64,000 nucleotides of DNA. Origin: Candidatus Omnitrophota bacterium (GTDB taxonomy: Bacteria; Omnitrophota; Gorgyraeia; Zapsychrales; Zapsychraceae). The position numbers were made by a program, and so were the translations under genes. The notes below the pieces were generated by a model, which saw only the letters and a list, made by a program, of their open reading frames with translations, was not told the origin of the DNA and ran no database searches. Positions 17,596 through 27,447 of the stretch are shown piece by piece. The DNA is taken from positions 132,451 to 196,450 of the forward strand of contig JADFXT010000002.1 of assembly GCA_015233405.1 (NCBI GenBank), read 5' to 3'. Every line of letters begins with the position of its first letter. The stretch's first letter is position 1.

Positions 17596-18162
17596 TTAAT
17601 TCCGGCTGAACCAGCTTTTGTAAGCGTTAAAGGAAAAGACCCAGACGTTTTGGCAATATTTTTGCTGGGCATTAAAGGCGCCGGAGATTTGGTAGTGGTC
17701 TTCCTGGTTTAATTGAAACTTGATGGTTTCTCCGTCCCATGGTCCATTATAAACATAATTGGGTTGTTCGTTCGGATGGCATGTCACCGGAGTCCCGAAA
17801 CTTTGCGCGACTATTTTTAAGACCGGTTCTATCTTCATGTCTCGATTGATGACGCCGGCGGGTAATCGTTCTTTTATTTCCAGCGCAAACGTGGCATTGA
17901 TTTCCTGGATTTCTAGAGAAGCCTTCTTTAGGTTCTCCGGACTATCGTCGGGTGTTGTGGTTTGAAAATGATGTTTTGTGACGATGCCGCTGACGAAAAG
18001 GATGCGATTATTTTCAAACCATTTGAGGGCATAAATCTGAAACGGATTGGAACGCACCAGCATCGCCTGGGTGGGTTGTTGAAATGTCGACATGATCCTC
18101 TGCGGCAAGATTTCAAGCCTCGTCGAAAAATCGGTGCATTCTTTGGAAAGAGTGATGAGCAT
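17596..18162 (-). CDS. hypothetical protein (188 aa), no recognisable motif
   Basis: A long ORF in the same orientation as its neighbours. No signal peptide and no motif that I can identify. Confidence 0.4.
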   Translation of the reverse strand: MLITLSKECTDFSTRLEILPQRIMSTFQQPTQAMLVRSNPFQIYALKWFENNRILFVSGIVTKHHFQTTTPDDSPENLKKASLEIQEINATFALEIKERLPAGVINRDMKIEPVLKIVAQSFGTPVTCHPNEQPNYVYNGPWDGETIKFQLNQEDHYQISGAFNAQQKYCQNVWVFSFNAYKSWFSRN

Positions 18163-18301
18163 AAGTGTTTATATAATGTATGTGTTAAACCCGAAGCATG
18201 AATATCGAAATCCGAAACAAAGCTTAAAGACCAAAATCCAATGCCTCAAATTTTTAAATTTTTTGATTTCGAATTTGTTTCGGGTTTCGTATTTTGGATT
18301 T

Positions 18302-21088
18302 TTATAAAAAGTGTTTCAGGTATTCTCCCGTATACGACGTTTTATGTTTGATTATTTCTTCGGGCGTTCCTGCAAAAACGACCTCGCCTCCCTTGTCTCC
18401 TCCGTCGGGCCCAAGGTCGATGATGTAATCAGCGTTCTTGACCATATCAAGATTGTGCTCGATGACGATAACCGTATTTCCTTTATCCACAAGCCGCTGA
18501 AGCACCGCAAGTAATTTATCCACGTCGGCAAAATGAAGTCCGGTGGTCGGTTCGTCTAGGATATAAAGGGTTTTTCCCGTGGCTACTTTGCACAGTTCGC
18601 TGGACAGTTTGACGCGCTGGGCCTCGCCGCCGGACAACGTGGTCGCCGGTTGTCCTAATTTGATGTAACCTAATCCCACATCGTTTAAGGTCTCAAGAAT
18701 TTTGTGGACCTTAGGGATGTTTTCAAAAACATCCAGGGCTTCCACGACGGAAAGGTTTAAGATGTCGGAAATATTCTTGCCTTTAAATTCAACTTCGAGC
18801 GTCTGTTCGGTAAATCGTTTGCCGTGGCAGACATCGCATTCGACGTAGACATCGGGGAGAAAATGCATCTCGATTTTTTTGATCCCATCGCCGCGGCAGG
18901 CCTCGCAGCGCCCGCCTTTGACGTTAAAGCTGAACCGCCCGGGTTTATATCCGCGCATCTTAGATTCCGGAAGCTGGGTGAATAAATTACGGACAGGATC
19001 AAAGATGCCCGTATAGGTCGCCGGATTAGACCGCGGCGTGCGCCCAATGGGCGACTGGTCGACCTCGATGATTTTATCAATTAATTCTATTCCTGAAATA
19101 GATTTGAATTTTCCTGGCTTTTCCTTGGAACGGTAAATTTTATGCGCTAAGGCTTTATAGAGGATGTCGTTGACGAACGTCGATTTTCCGGAGCCGGACA
19201 CGCCGGTGACGCAAATAAAAGTCCCCAGAGGAATCGTGACGTCGATCTTTTTTAAATTATGCTCCTCGGCGCCTGAAATTTTAATCGCGTTCTTGGGATT
19301 GATGACGCGTCGTTTTTGAGGAATGGGAATCTGAAGTTTTCCGCTTAAATATTGGCCAGACAAAGATGTTTCACATTTGAGTAGCCCGTCCACGTCGCCG
19401 GCATAAACCACGCTTCCTCCGTGTTCCCCGGCGCCGGGCCCAAGGTCAATGACGTAATCGCTTCGCCGGATCGTAGTCTCGTCGTGCTCAACGACAATTA
19501 AGGTGTTGCCCAAATCTCTTAAGGAATGAAGTGTCGCTAAAAGCCGGTCATTATCTTTTTGATGAAGCCCGATGCTCGGTTCATCCAAAATATAGATAAC
19601 ACCGACTAGACCGGAGCCGACCTGCGTAGCGAGTCGGATACGTTCCGCTTCTCCGCCGGACAAACTCGAGCTGCGGCGGTCAAGCGTCAAATAATCCAAA
19701 CCCACATTCACGCAGAAATTAAGCCGTCGGTCGATTTCTTTGAGGACTTGCTCTCCGATCGTCCTCTGGTCTTTTGTCAATTTTAAGTTGGTAAAAAACA
19801 GTTTGGCTTCCTTAATGGATAAGACGGAAACCTCGGCGATGTTGTATCCGTTTATTTTGACCGATAAGGATTCTTTCTTTAGCCGCGTCCCTTTACAGGC
19901 CGGACACGGTAGGACCGACATATAATTGGACAGCTCATCCTTAAGCCAGTCGCTGTCGGTTTCCCGGAACATTCGCTCGAGATAAGGAATAACGCCTTCA
20001 AAGGTTCTGCCCCAGATCTCGTCTTCGGAGCCATGAAAAAGGATCTTTTTAAATGAGGATTTTAATTCGTTAAATGGCGTATACGGGTCGACGTCATAAA
20101 GGCCGGCGACTTCGCGCAGCACGGCCCGGTAATACATCAGATAATGCCGCCTTCCATGTTTTTGAGGAATAATGGCGTTGATCCACGGCTTTGTATCGTC
20201 GGGAATAAGCAAATTGTGGTCCATTTTCATGAGCGTTCCTAAGCCATTACAATCGGGACAGGCACCATAAGGGGCATTAAACGAAAAAATTCTCGGCTCA
20301 ATTTCCGGCAGGCTCACCCCGCAATCTACACAGGCATAATTTTCACTAAAGGTTTGTTCGGGAAATTTTCCCTGGAAATCGACGATGAGAATCCCTTTGC
20401 CGATCTGTAGGGCAGTCTCGACGGAATCCGTAAGACGTTTCTTGATGCTGGGGCTGATCGTTAACCGGTCAATGACCACTTCAATGTTATGCGTTTTATA
20501 TTTATCAAGCTTGATGGGATCTTGCGTTTCATAAATTTTTCCGTTGACGCGTAACCGCGCAAAGCCCGCTTTGGCCACTTGGCTGCCGATGGAGCGGTAT
20601 TCTCCCTTCTTTCCTCTAATAAGAGGCGCCAGAAGGATGATGGACGTATTTTCCGCGTAATTTAAGATTTGCTGGACTACCTCGGAAGCGGTTTGCCGCT
20701 CGATTTTTTTCCCGCACTCTGGGCAATAAGGTGTGCCGATGCGCGCGAATAAAAGTCTTAAGTAATCGTAAATTTCCGTCTGGGTCGCAACCGTTGAGCG
20801 CGGGTTGTGGCTGATGGTTTTTTGTTCAATGGAAATGGTCGGAGATAAGCCTTCGATATATTCAACGTCCGGCTTTTGCAGTTGTTCTAAGAATTGCCGG
20901 GCATAAGCGGAGAGGCTTTCGACGTAGCGGCGCTGGCCTTCGGCGTAAATGGTATCAAATGCCAAAGAGGATTTTCCCGAGCCGCTTAATCCTGTCACGA
21001 CGACAAATTTATTGCGCGGGATCTCTAGATGGATATTTTTAAGATTGTGCTCTTTTGCACCGTGGATGATGATTTTGTCGGCAGTCAT
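18302..21088 (-). CDS. uvrA: excinuclease ABC subunit A
   Basis: 928 aa with two ABC ATPase modules ([12 protein letters not shown] and [11 protein letters not shown]; [12 protein letters not shown] and [11 protein letters not shown]) and zinc-finger CxxC pairs. Confidence 0.97.
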   Translation of the reverse strand: MTADKIIIHGAKEHNLKNIHLEIPRNKFVVVTGLSGSGKSSLAFDTIYAEGQRRYVESLSAYARQFLEQLQKPDVEYIEGLSPTISIEQKTISHNPRSTVATQTEIYDYLRLLFARIGTPYCPECGKKIERQTASEVVQQILNYAENTSIILLAPLIRGKKGEYRSIGSQVAKAGFARLRVNGKIYETQDPIKLDKYKTHNIEVVIDRLTISPSIKKRLTDSVETALQIGKGILIVDFQGKFPEQTFSENYACVDCGVSLPEIEPRIFSFNAPYGACPDCNGLGTLMKMDHNLLIPDDTKPWINAIIPQKHGRRHYLMYYRAVLREVAGLYDVDPYTPFNELKSSFKKILFHGSEDEIWGRTFEGVIPYLERMFRETDSDWLKDELSNYMSVLPCPACKGTRLKKESLSVKINGYNIAEVSVLSIKEAKLFFTNLKLTKDQRTIGEQVLKEIDRRLNFCVNVGLDYLTLDRRSSSLSGGEAERIRLATQVGSGLVGVIYILDEPSIGLHQKDNDRLLATLHSLRDLGNTLIVVEHDETTIRRSDYVIDLGPGAGEHGGSVVYAGDVDGLLKCETSLSGQYLSGKLQIPIPQKRRVINPKNAIKISGAEEHNLKKIDVTIPLGTFICVTGVSGSGKSTFVNDILYKALAHKIYRSKEKPGKFKSISGIELIDKIIEVDQSPIGRTPRSNPATYTGIFDPVRNLFTQLPESKMRGYKPGRFSFNVKGGRCEACRGDGIKKIEMHFLPDVYVECDVCHGKRFTEQTLEVEFKGKNISDILNLSVVEALDVFENIPKVHKILETLNDVGLGYIKLGQPATTLSGGEAQRVKLSSELCKVATGKTLYILDEPTTGLHFADVDKLLAVLQRLVDKGNTVIVIEHNLDMVKNADYIIDLGPDGGDKGGEVVFAGTPEEIIKHKTSYTGEYLKHFL

Positions 21089-21104
21089 AGAATGGACCTA
21101 TCAG

Positions 21105-21148
21105 AAACTACAAGACACATGTACTTGCATACATGTGTCTTGTAGTTT
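21105..21148. terminator. perfect 19-bp hairpin between the small basic protein gene and uvrA
   Basis: AAACTACAAGACACATGTA (21105-21123), loop CTTGCA, TACATGTGTCTTGTAGTTT (21130-21148). It is flanked by A-rich sequence on the 5' side and T-rich sequence on the 3' side, giving a bidirectional terminator-like shape. Confidence 0.5.
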
Positions 21149-21168
21149 TTATTTCAACACGAATGAAA

Positions 21169-21432
21169 CTATTTCTTTTTCGCGACTTTTTTTGCAGCTT
21201 TCTTCTTTTTACCACCTCGGACCATCTTCGCGCAAGAAATATCTCCTTGCTTGTCGATGAAGTATAAGAATCCGGATTGTTTCTTGACGCCGACCTTAGC
21301 GACTTTCTTGGCAGCTCCGCCTTTTTTATTACCGCGGGCCATTTTTGCACAAGAAATATCTCCTTGTTTGTCGACGAAATACAAGCAACCGCCTTCTTTC
21401 TTTACTCCCACCTTTGCGACTTTAGTAGCCAT
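21169..21432 (-). CDS. small lysine-rich protein made of two tandem ~43-aa repeats
   Basis: [43 protein letters not shown] followed by [44 protein letters not shown]. The duplication is also visible at DNA level (about 126-bp units). The predicted protein is strongly basic. Confidence 0.6.
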   Translation of the reverse strand: MATKVAKVGVKKEGGCLYFVDKQGDISCAKMARGNKKGGAAKKVAKVGVKKQSGFLYFIDKQGDISCAKMVRGGKKKKAAKKVAKKK

Positions 21433-21465
21433 ACATTCACCCCCTTTCGTTTGTTATTATGAAAT

Positions 21466-22290
21466 TTATGTTCCGATAAAAACACCGGAACAAAATTGTT
21501 TGATCGTCTGAATGACCGACAAGACCGCTAAATAGCTTGTTTTGGGATTATCTGGACAAACGACGTTGACCGTTTTTGTTAAGATGCGGCCAAAATCACC
21601 GACCATCTCGATCTCATGAGAATTTTCTTTATATTCAGGCGAGGTAATGATCTTGACTCGCACTTTCTTTTTGTTTTGGCATGCTAACGAAAGGGTCGCA
21701 GCGACGTTGATGTTACGGGGGAATGCTTTGACCGCCTGGTCGACGGTTCCATCAAACAATACGGTTTCCTGGGTGATTTGAGAAACATCGATTCCTTTTT
21801 TAAGGAGATACGGGTCATTCTTAAAACCGGCCAAAGGTTTGCGCGTCGTATGTGTCAAGAAAGAGAATTTTACCAAATGCCCGGCCTTGATGGCGTCAAC
21901 ACCGGCAATCGCACCGGAAGGAATGAGGATCCGGCAGTTATTTTTCTTGGCTAATTCAAAAAGGTTTTCAGCATTTAACATCTGGCCGATGCTCATCACA
22001 AGGACGTTTTTCTTGGCCTTAAGCACTTGTTGGACAATATCTCTGGCTTGAGTGGTATTAATGGATTCGATGATAAGGTCGGCAGATTTGATCAGTTCTT
22101 TAATGGAAGGCTTGACGACGTTTTTAACTAAAAGAGATTGAGCAAGCTTTTGAACTTTTTGTGCGTCCACATCAAAAATTCCAGCAAGCTGGCAGTCGTC
22201 TTTAAGGTCTTTAAAAAGGCTTTGGGCGACACGGGAACCAATAGCACCGCAACCGATGATTCCAACTTTTACTTTATTTTTTCTAACCAT
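21466..22290 (-). CDS. nadX: L-aspartate dehydrogenase
   Basis: An N-terminal Rossmann motif VGIIGCGAIG, plus IPSGAIAGVDA, FPRNINVAATL and NPKTSYLAVLS. These match the blocks I recall from Thermotoga NadX (FPSGAIGGLD, FPRNINVA, NPKTS). Confidence 0.8.
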   Translation of the reverse strand: MVRKNKVKVGIIGCGAIGSRVAQSLFKDLKDDCQLAGIFDVDAQKVQKLAQSLLVKNVVKPSIKELIKSADLIIESINTTQARDIVQQVLKAKKNVLVMSIGQMLNAENLFELAKKNNCRILIPSGAIAGVDAIKAGHLVKFSFLTHTTRKPLAGFKNDPYLLKKGIDVSQITQETVLFDGTVDQAVKAFPRNINVAATLSLACQNKKKVRVKIITSPEYKENSHEIEMVGDFGRILTKTVNVVCPDNPKTSYLAVLSVIQTIKQFCSGVFIGT

Positions 22291-22295
22291 GATTT

Positions 22296-23141
22296 TTATG
22301 CTTGAACCACAATGTTATCGATGAGCCGGACGGCCCCGAACCTGACGGCCAACGCTATCATGACAGACCCTTGGATAAATTGCAAGGAAGATAATGTCCG
22401 ACGGTCGACGCAGGAAATATAATCGATTTTTCCGGAACTTTCTTTGGTTATAAGAGAACGAATGCTTTGAACGATTGTTTGAGCGTCGCGCTCCCCGGCT
22501 TTGATAGCTTTTTTTGCTGTTTGTAACGCCTTGTATAAAATGGGGGCTTCTCGTCGCTGGCTTTCTGTCAAAAAAACATTCCTGGAGCTTAACGCTAACC
22601 CGTCTTTTTCTCGCAGTGTGGGGCAAATCTTGACTTTGACATCGTAGTCGAGGTCTTCGACCATCTTCGTTAAGATCATGGCCTGCTGTCCGTCTTTCTG
22701 CCCGAGGTAAAGATTGTCGGGAGTAACGCAATTTAACAGCTTAGCAACGACGGTGGTAACACCTTTAAAATGGCCGGGTCTAAATTCGCCACATAAAATG
22801 TTCCCTAATTTCACGGTCTCAACGTATGTCAAATATCCGTCGGGGTACATCTCTTCTTCCGACGGATGCCACATTATGTCAATTTTTTCTTTTTTTGTCA
22901 ATAATTCATCTTTTTTTTTCTGACGAGGATAACGGGTGAAATCTTCGTTGGGCCCGAACTGTTTGGGGTTAATGAAAATGCTTACGACGACAATGTCGCA
23001 TTCCCGTCGAGCTTTGCGCATTAAAGACAAATGCCCTTCATGAAGCGCGCCCATCGTCGGGACAAAACCGATGGTCTTCCCTTGCTGTTTTAAAGGCTTG
23101 AGAATTTTTCTTAAGGATTTGATCGTGGTTACGGTTTGCAT
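22296..23141 (-). CDS. panC: pantoate--beta-alanine ligase
   Basis: GFVPTMGALHEGHLSLM (HIGH-type motif), FVNPxQF-like SIFINPKQFGP and GQKDGQQ. Confidence 0.95.
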   Translation of the reverse strand: MQTVTTIKSLRKILKPLKQQGKTIGFVPTMGALHEGHLSLMRKARRECDIVVVSIFINPKQFGPNEDFTRYPRQKKKDELLTKKEKIDIMWHPSEEEMYPDGYLTYVETVKLGNILCGEFRPGHFKGVTTVVAKLLNCVTPDNLYLGQKDGQQAMILTKMVEDLDYDVKVKICPTLREKDGLALSSRNVFLTESQRREAPILYKALQTAKKAIKAGERDAQTIVQSIRSLITKESSGKIDYISCVDRRTLSSLQFIQGSVMIALAVRFGAVRLIDNIVVQA

Positions 23142-23554
23142 TGGTTTATGATTTCCGGAGCGATCTCGCTTAAAGGTTTTAGAACAAATTCGCGTTCAAA
23201 CATCCTCGGGTGAGGAATGGTTAATTCCGGCATCGATATTCTTAAATCGTCATAGAGCAGGATGTCGATGTCTATCGTCCTTGGACCGTTAATGACGGTT
23301 TTTAATCTTCCCAATTTTTTCTCGATGGTTTGGGTTTCTTTAAGCAACTTTTCGGGCGTTAGCAATGTTTCGGCTTTGGCAACGGCATTTAAGAATTTTC
23401 CCTGCGGTGGTCCACCGACGGGTTCGGTCTCGATGATCGTTGAACATTTTTGGATATGAACACCGCAGCATTCCAATGAATCCAGAGCGTCGGTTATGTT
23501 CTTTTGACGGATTCCGATGTTAGAGCCAAGGCCAAGGAAAACAATGGACATCAA
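23129..23554 (-). CDS. folK: 2-amino-4-hydroxy-6-hydroxymethyldihydropteridine diphosphokinase
   Basis: LGLGSNIG, FLNAV, GPRTIDIDILLYDD and TIPHPRMFEREFVLKPL are classical HPPK blocks. Confidence 0.9.
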   Translation of the reverse strand: MMSIVFLGLGSNIGIRQKNITDALDSLECCGVHIQKCSTIIETEPVGGPPQGKFLNAVAKAETLLTPEKLLKETQTIEKKLGRLKTVINGPRTIDIDILLYDDLRISMPELTIPHPRMFEREFVLKPLSEIAPEIINQCKP

Positions 23555-23588
23555 TTACTCAGCTTTTCCATTCCCCCGTTGTCCTTTT

Positions 23589-23689
23589 TGTCATCCCCGC
23601 GAAAGCGGGGATCTAGGATAACGGGTTTTCCGATTTGAAGAAAATTTTAAATTCGGTTACTGGATTCCCGCTTGCGCGGGAATGACATC
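23589..23689. repeat. MITE-like paired palindromic repeat (GTCATYCCCGC family), copy A
   Basis: The left end is TGTCATCCCCGCGAAAGCGGGGATCTAGG. The right end is CTGGATTCCCGCTTGCGCGGGAATGACA, its inverted counterpart. It is intergenic between folK and dapL. Confidence 0.7.
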
Positions 23690-23706
23690 AAAAAATAGAA
23701 AGTTTT

Positions 23707-24867
23707 TCAAAGGATCTTTTTTAATCGTTCAACAGCTTCCAGCAGCCGCTTCTTCTCGACGGTCAAGGTCATGCGAATATAGCCTTCCCCGTATTCGCCG
23801 AAGCCGGAGCCGGGTGTGGCTACAATATCGGCCTTGTCCAAAAACGCCTTGGCGGTTTCCATAGAGTTCTTAAACCCTTTCGGGATTCTCGCCCAGACGT
23901 AAAATGTCGCTTTGGGCTTGGGAACATTCCAGCCGATCTTTTTTAATCCGTCGATAAACGTGTCCCTTCTGTCCTGATAAAGAGCTCGCATGTTTTCCGT
24001 GATTTTTGCCGGACTTTGAAGTGCGGTGATGCCTGCAACCTGGATTGCCTGGAAAATGCCGGAGTCAAAGTTTGATTTGACTTTAGCGAGCGCTGCGACG
24101 AGCGTTGGATTTCCGCAGGCCCAGCCGATACGCCAGCCGGTCATATAATATGTCTTCGATAGCGAATGAAATTCAATGGCCACGTCCTTGCCGCCTTCCA
24201 CTTCCAGGATGCTGACTGGTTTTAGACCGTCATAATAAACCTCTGAATACGCCAAATCCGAGACGATAAAGAATCCCTTCTCTTTGGCTAAGGAGATCAA
24301 GTCTTGATAAAATTTCTTTGTTGCAACGGCAGCTGTTGGATTATTCGGGTAATTCACGAGGAGCATTTTGATATTTTTAAGCTTTTTGATGTCTGCTATC
24401 TCTGGTAGGAATCCGGTCTCTTCTTTTAAGGGAAGATAAACGATTTTTCCGCCGGCAAATTCAATGGACGGCCGGTAGGCTGGATATGCCGGATTGGTTA
24501 GCGCGACCACGTCGCCAGGATTGATGACGCCCAGCGGCAAATGCGCCAAGCCTTCTTTGGAACCGATCAAAGGATAGATTTCCGTGTCCGAATTAAGGTC
24601 CATGTTAAAACGTTCTTTTGACCAAACGGCAATGGCTTTGCGTAATTCCGGCAAGCCCGCGTCAAAGGCGTAATGATGATTATTGCCGTCTTCGACGGCC
24701 TTTTTCATGGCGTCGATAATATGTTTCGGTGTCGCTGAGTCCGGGTCGCCGACGCCTAAATTGATGACGTCACGGCCTTGCGCGATAGCGGCCCGTTTGG
24801 CCTTATCGATCTCGACGAACAAGTATGGTGGTAGATTTTTTAATCTGTCTGAAAACTCGATGCTCAT
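23707..24867 (-). CDS. dapL: class I/II aminotransferase, probable LL-diaminopimelate aminotransferase
   Basis: NYPNNPT and SLSKTYYMTGWRIGW (PLP-lysine block), with N-terminal LPPYLFVEIDKAKR. The gene sits in a dapB-dapA-dapF-lysA string that lacks dapC/D/E. Confidence 0.6.
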   Translation of the reverse strand: MSIEFSDRLKNLPPYLFVEIDKAKRAAIAQGRDVINLGVGDPDSATPKHIIDAMKKAVEDGNNHHYAFDAGLPELRKAIAVWSKERFNMDLNSDTEIYPLIGSKEGLAHLPLGVINPGDVVALTNPAYPAYRPSIEFAGGKIVYLPLKEETGFLPEIADIKKLKNIKMLLVNYPNNPTAAVATKKFYQDLISLAKEKGFFIVSDLAYSEVYYDGLKPVSILEVEGGKDVAIEFHSLSKTYYMTGWRIGWACGNPTLVAALAKVKSNFDSGIFQAIQVAGITALQSPAKITENMRALYQDRRDTFIDGLKKIGWNVPKPKATFYVWARIPKGFKNSMETAKAFLDKADIVATPGSGFGEYGEGYIRMTLTVEKKRLLEAVERLKKIL

Positions 24868-25721
24868 TTCGAATCGGTCCTTTCTATATCATTATTTCGG
24901 AATACAAAGTAATTAATCGGAAGATGGTCTGATGGTTGAGGGTTTGGGGTAACAACGTCATACTTAACATTTCCACCCGAGACCTCTTTTGTGTAATGAA
25001 GTTTGTTTTCTATGCCAGAGAAGGAAATGCTTGGGACTAAAGGATAATGCTCTTCAAAAAGCAACTTTCCATCCGGAGCATAATCAGCCCAATAGACTAA
25101 ACGCCCTTGTTTAAATTCTTGTTTGCGGGCAATTTTTGTTTCTATTGTATGCATTTTAGTCATTTCATAAACAGGCCCTGTTTCGGTTATCTTAGTATTA
25201 GAGGTAGTATCTATATCGCTTTTAAAATTGTTAAATTTATCAGCAGGCACTTGCCTGCCGAGTCTCTCCACCAATGGAAGCCAAACGCCCTTATAATACG
25301 GGAACTCATATCCAACAGCGCCCACTTTCTCGCCTTTGGCGTTGGTCAACGAGGAAGGATTGTTTTGTGGATAAAAGACATACGTCCCGGTAAGCAGGCC
25401 ATCTTCCATCATACCTTCGGCTTTGATATCGCCGTTCTCATAGTATTCAGTAAACCGAGTGATGTCTGCTTTGGGGAATTTTTTCTCGATATAACGAGCT
25501 TTGCCGTTAGGGTAATACCATTCCCTTGTCGTGAGAACATCTACTTCGTTAAAGACACTTCCTGAACTTACCAATTTCCCTGATTTATCGTAATGTTTGT
25601 GAATGAAGTGTACAGGTAGAGCATTATCCAAGCTGATATGCCGTTCGGTGTAAAGAATCCCGAGAAAAATGCCCAAAGCGAACACGAAGACGCCAAATAA
25701 AAAAGATTTGAGTTTCTTCAT
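24864..25721 (-). CDS. membrane-anchored MORN/YwqK-like repeat protein
   Basis: It has an N-terminal TM helix (FLFGVFVFALGIFLGILY). Degenerate repeats of the type YYPNGKARYIE / YYENGDIKAEG / GLLTGTYVFY follow. Its stop overlaps the dapL start (ATGA). Confidence 0.4.
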   Translation of the reverse strand: MKKLKSFLFGVFVFALGIFLGILYTERHISLDNALPVHFIHKHYDKSGKLVSSGSVFNEVDVLTTREWYYPNGKARYIEKKFPKADITRFTEYYENGDIKAEGMMEDGLLTGTYVFYPQNNPSSLTNAKGEKVGAVGYEFPYYKGVWLPLVERLGRQVPADKFNNFKSDIDTTSNTKITETGPVYEMTKMHTIETKIARKQEFKQGRLVYWADYAPDGKLLFEEHYPLVPSISFSGIENKLHYTKEVSGGNVKYDVVTPNPQPSDHLPINYFVFRNNDIERTDSK

Positions 25722-25752
25722 TACGGATCCTTTCTGATCAGGGAATTTTTAA

Positions 25753-26475
25753 TTAGTTCAATCCTAAAACGTCTTGCATATTGAACAATCCTGCTTTGCG
25801 CTTACCGGCGATGAACTTGGCAGCGACTAAAGCGCCTTTGGCGAAAATATCGCGGTTCTTGGCGTGATGAGAAAGCTTGATGATGTCTTGCTCGCTTTCA
25901 AAGATAACGTCATGGTCTCCGACAATTTCTCCTTCGCGGATGGAATTGATTTTCGTTACCTCACGGTCGCCGGCCTTCTCTGCAATTTGTTCTAAGGTCT
26001 TGGCCGTCCCGGAAGGAGAATCTTTCTTGTGAATATGGTGCGCCTCAGTGATGACGATGGAATAAGAATGCCCTGTTTTCTGAGCGGCAATATCAGTCAG
26101 TTTAAAAAGGACATTCACACCGACGGACATGTTGGAAGAATAGACAATAGGAATCTTTTTAGAAGCCTTCTTGATTTCTTCAACTTGCTCATGGCTAAGG
26201 CCGGTCGTGCCGATGACCATCCGCACCCCGTGCTCGCAGCAGGCTTGCAGGTTTTTGATTGTTGCTTCGGGCGTCGTAAATTCAATTAAGACATTACACC
26301 CTTTGATGTCGTTGATATCGGTCGAGATCTGGATATCGTTAATCTTTGCGTTGGCTTGCGGGTGGTCTTTATTTTCCAAAAGCGTTTTGATGGCGAAGTT
26401 TTTATCTTCTGAGGCAAGACGAATAATGCTTTGCCCCATCCGTCCCTGACAGCCACTGATGGCGAGTTGGATCAT
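25753..26475 (-). CDS. dapB: 4-hydroxy-tetrahydrodipicolinate reductase
   Basis: ISGCQGRMG (NAD(P) binding), VIGTTG and EAHHIHKKDSPSGTA (the E-x-HH-x-K-DAPSGTA block). Confidence 0.93.
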   Translation of the reverse strand: MIQLAISGCQGRMGQSIIRLASEDKNFAIKTLLENKDHPQANAKINDIQISTDINDIKGCNVLIEFTTPEATIKNLQACCEHGVRMVIGTTGLSHEQVEEIKKASKKIPIVYSSNMSVGVNVLFKLTDIAAQKTGHSYSIVITEAHHIHKKDSPSGTAKTLEQIAEKAGDREVTKINSIREGEIVGDHDVIFESEQDIIKLSHHAKNRDIFAKGALVAAKFIAGKRKAGLFNMQDVLGLN

Positions 26476-26542
26476 GTATTATTCCTTTTTATTAGTTGTC
26501 CCGCGTTTTAAGGAACGCGGGATTTCGCCCCGTAAACGGGAC

Positions 26543-27421
26543 TCATTTTAACAGTCCGTAATCTTTAAGTGCATCTTTTAATTTGTCTTTATTAGCGGCG
26601 GACATTTCGCAGAGAGGTAAACGCAGCTCACCTGAACACATGCCTAAAAGTTCCATGGCAGTTTTGACGCACGTGGGATTGCTTTCTAGAAACATGGCCT
26701 TGATCAATGGAAGCATCTGAAAATGTAGCTGGCGCGCTTCATTAAGTTTGCCTTGTGCGAATAACTGAACAGCCCTGGCGGTATCCGACGGGATAATATT
26801 GGCAACAACGGAAATGATGCCCGCCCCGCCGATCGCCATCAATGGTAATGTTAAGGCGTCATCGCCGGATAAAAGGATAAAATCTTTCGGGCAGGCGAGT
26901 TTAACCGCCATCATTTGATCGAGCGAGCCTGAGGCTTCCTTAACGCCGACGATATTCTTGCAATCTTTGGCGAGCCGTGCCACGGTCGGGGTCTCGATGT
27001 TACAGGCGCAGCGGCTGGCAATATTATAAAGGATGATCGGGATGTTGACGCTATTGGCAACGGCCTTAAAATGGCGGTAGACCCCTTCTTGCGTCGGGCG
27101 GTTGTAATATGGGGTAACGACAAGCGCTCCGTTTGCGCCGGCTTTAGCCGCATGTTTGGTCAGTTCAATAGCCTCAGCGGTTGAATTCGAACCTGTTCCT
27201 GCAATAATCGGCACGCGGCCTTTGGCGGCCTGGATACAAATATCGATGACCTGGTTATGTTCGTCGAAGGAAAGCGTCGGCGATTCTCCGGTCGTTCCGC
27301 AGGGAACGATCCCATTGGTTCCTGCTTTAATATGAAATTCGACGAGCTCTTTGATTTTTCCCTCATCGATCTTGTCGTTTTTAAAAGGTGTGACTAAGGC
27401 TACGATTGAACCTTTGAACAT
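26543..27421 (-). CDS. dapA: 4-hydroxy-tetrahydrodipicolinate synthase
   Basis: GTTGESPTLS, YNRP, the Schiff-base lysine context VGVKEASG and the typical 292-aa length. Confidence 0.95.
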   Translation of the reverse strand: MFKGSIVALVTPFKNDKIDEGKIKELVEFHIKAGTNGIVPCGTTGESPTLSFDEHNQVIDICIQAAKGRVPIIAGTGSNSTAEAIELTKHAAKAGANGALVVTPYYNRPTQEGVYRHFKAVANSVNIPIILYNIASRCACNIETPTVARLAKDCKNIVGVKEASGSLDQMMAVKLACPKDFILLSGDDALTLPLMAIGGAGIISVVANIIPSDTARAVQLFAQGKLNEARQLHFQMLPLIKAMFLESNPTCVKTAMELLGMCSGELRLPLCEMSAANKDKLKDALKDYGLLK

Positions 27422-27447
27422 CTTTTTCTCCTTTTTAATAAGAAATC

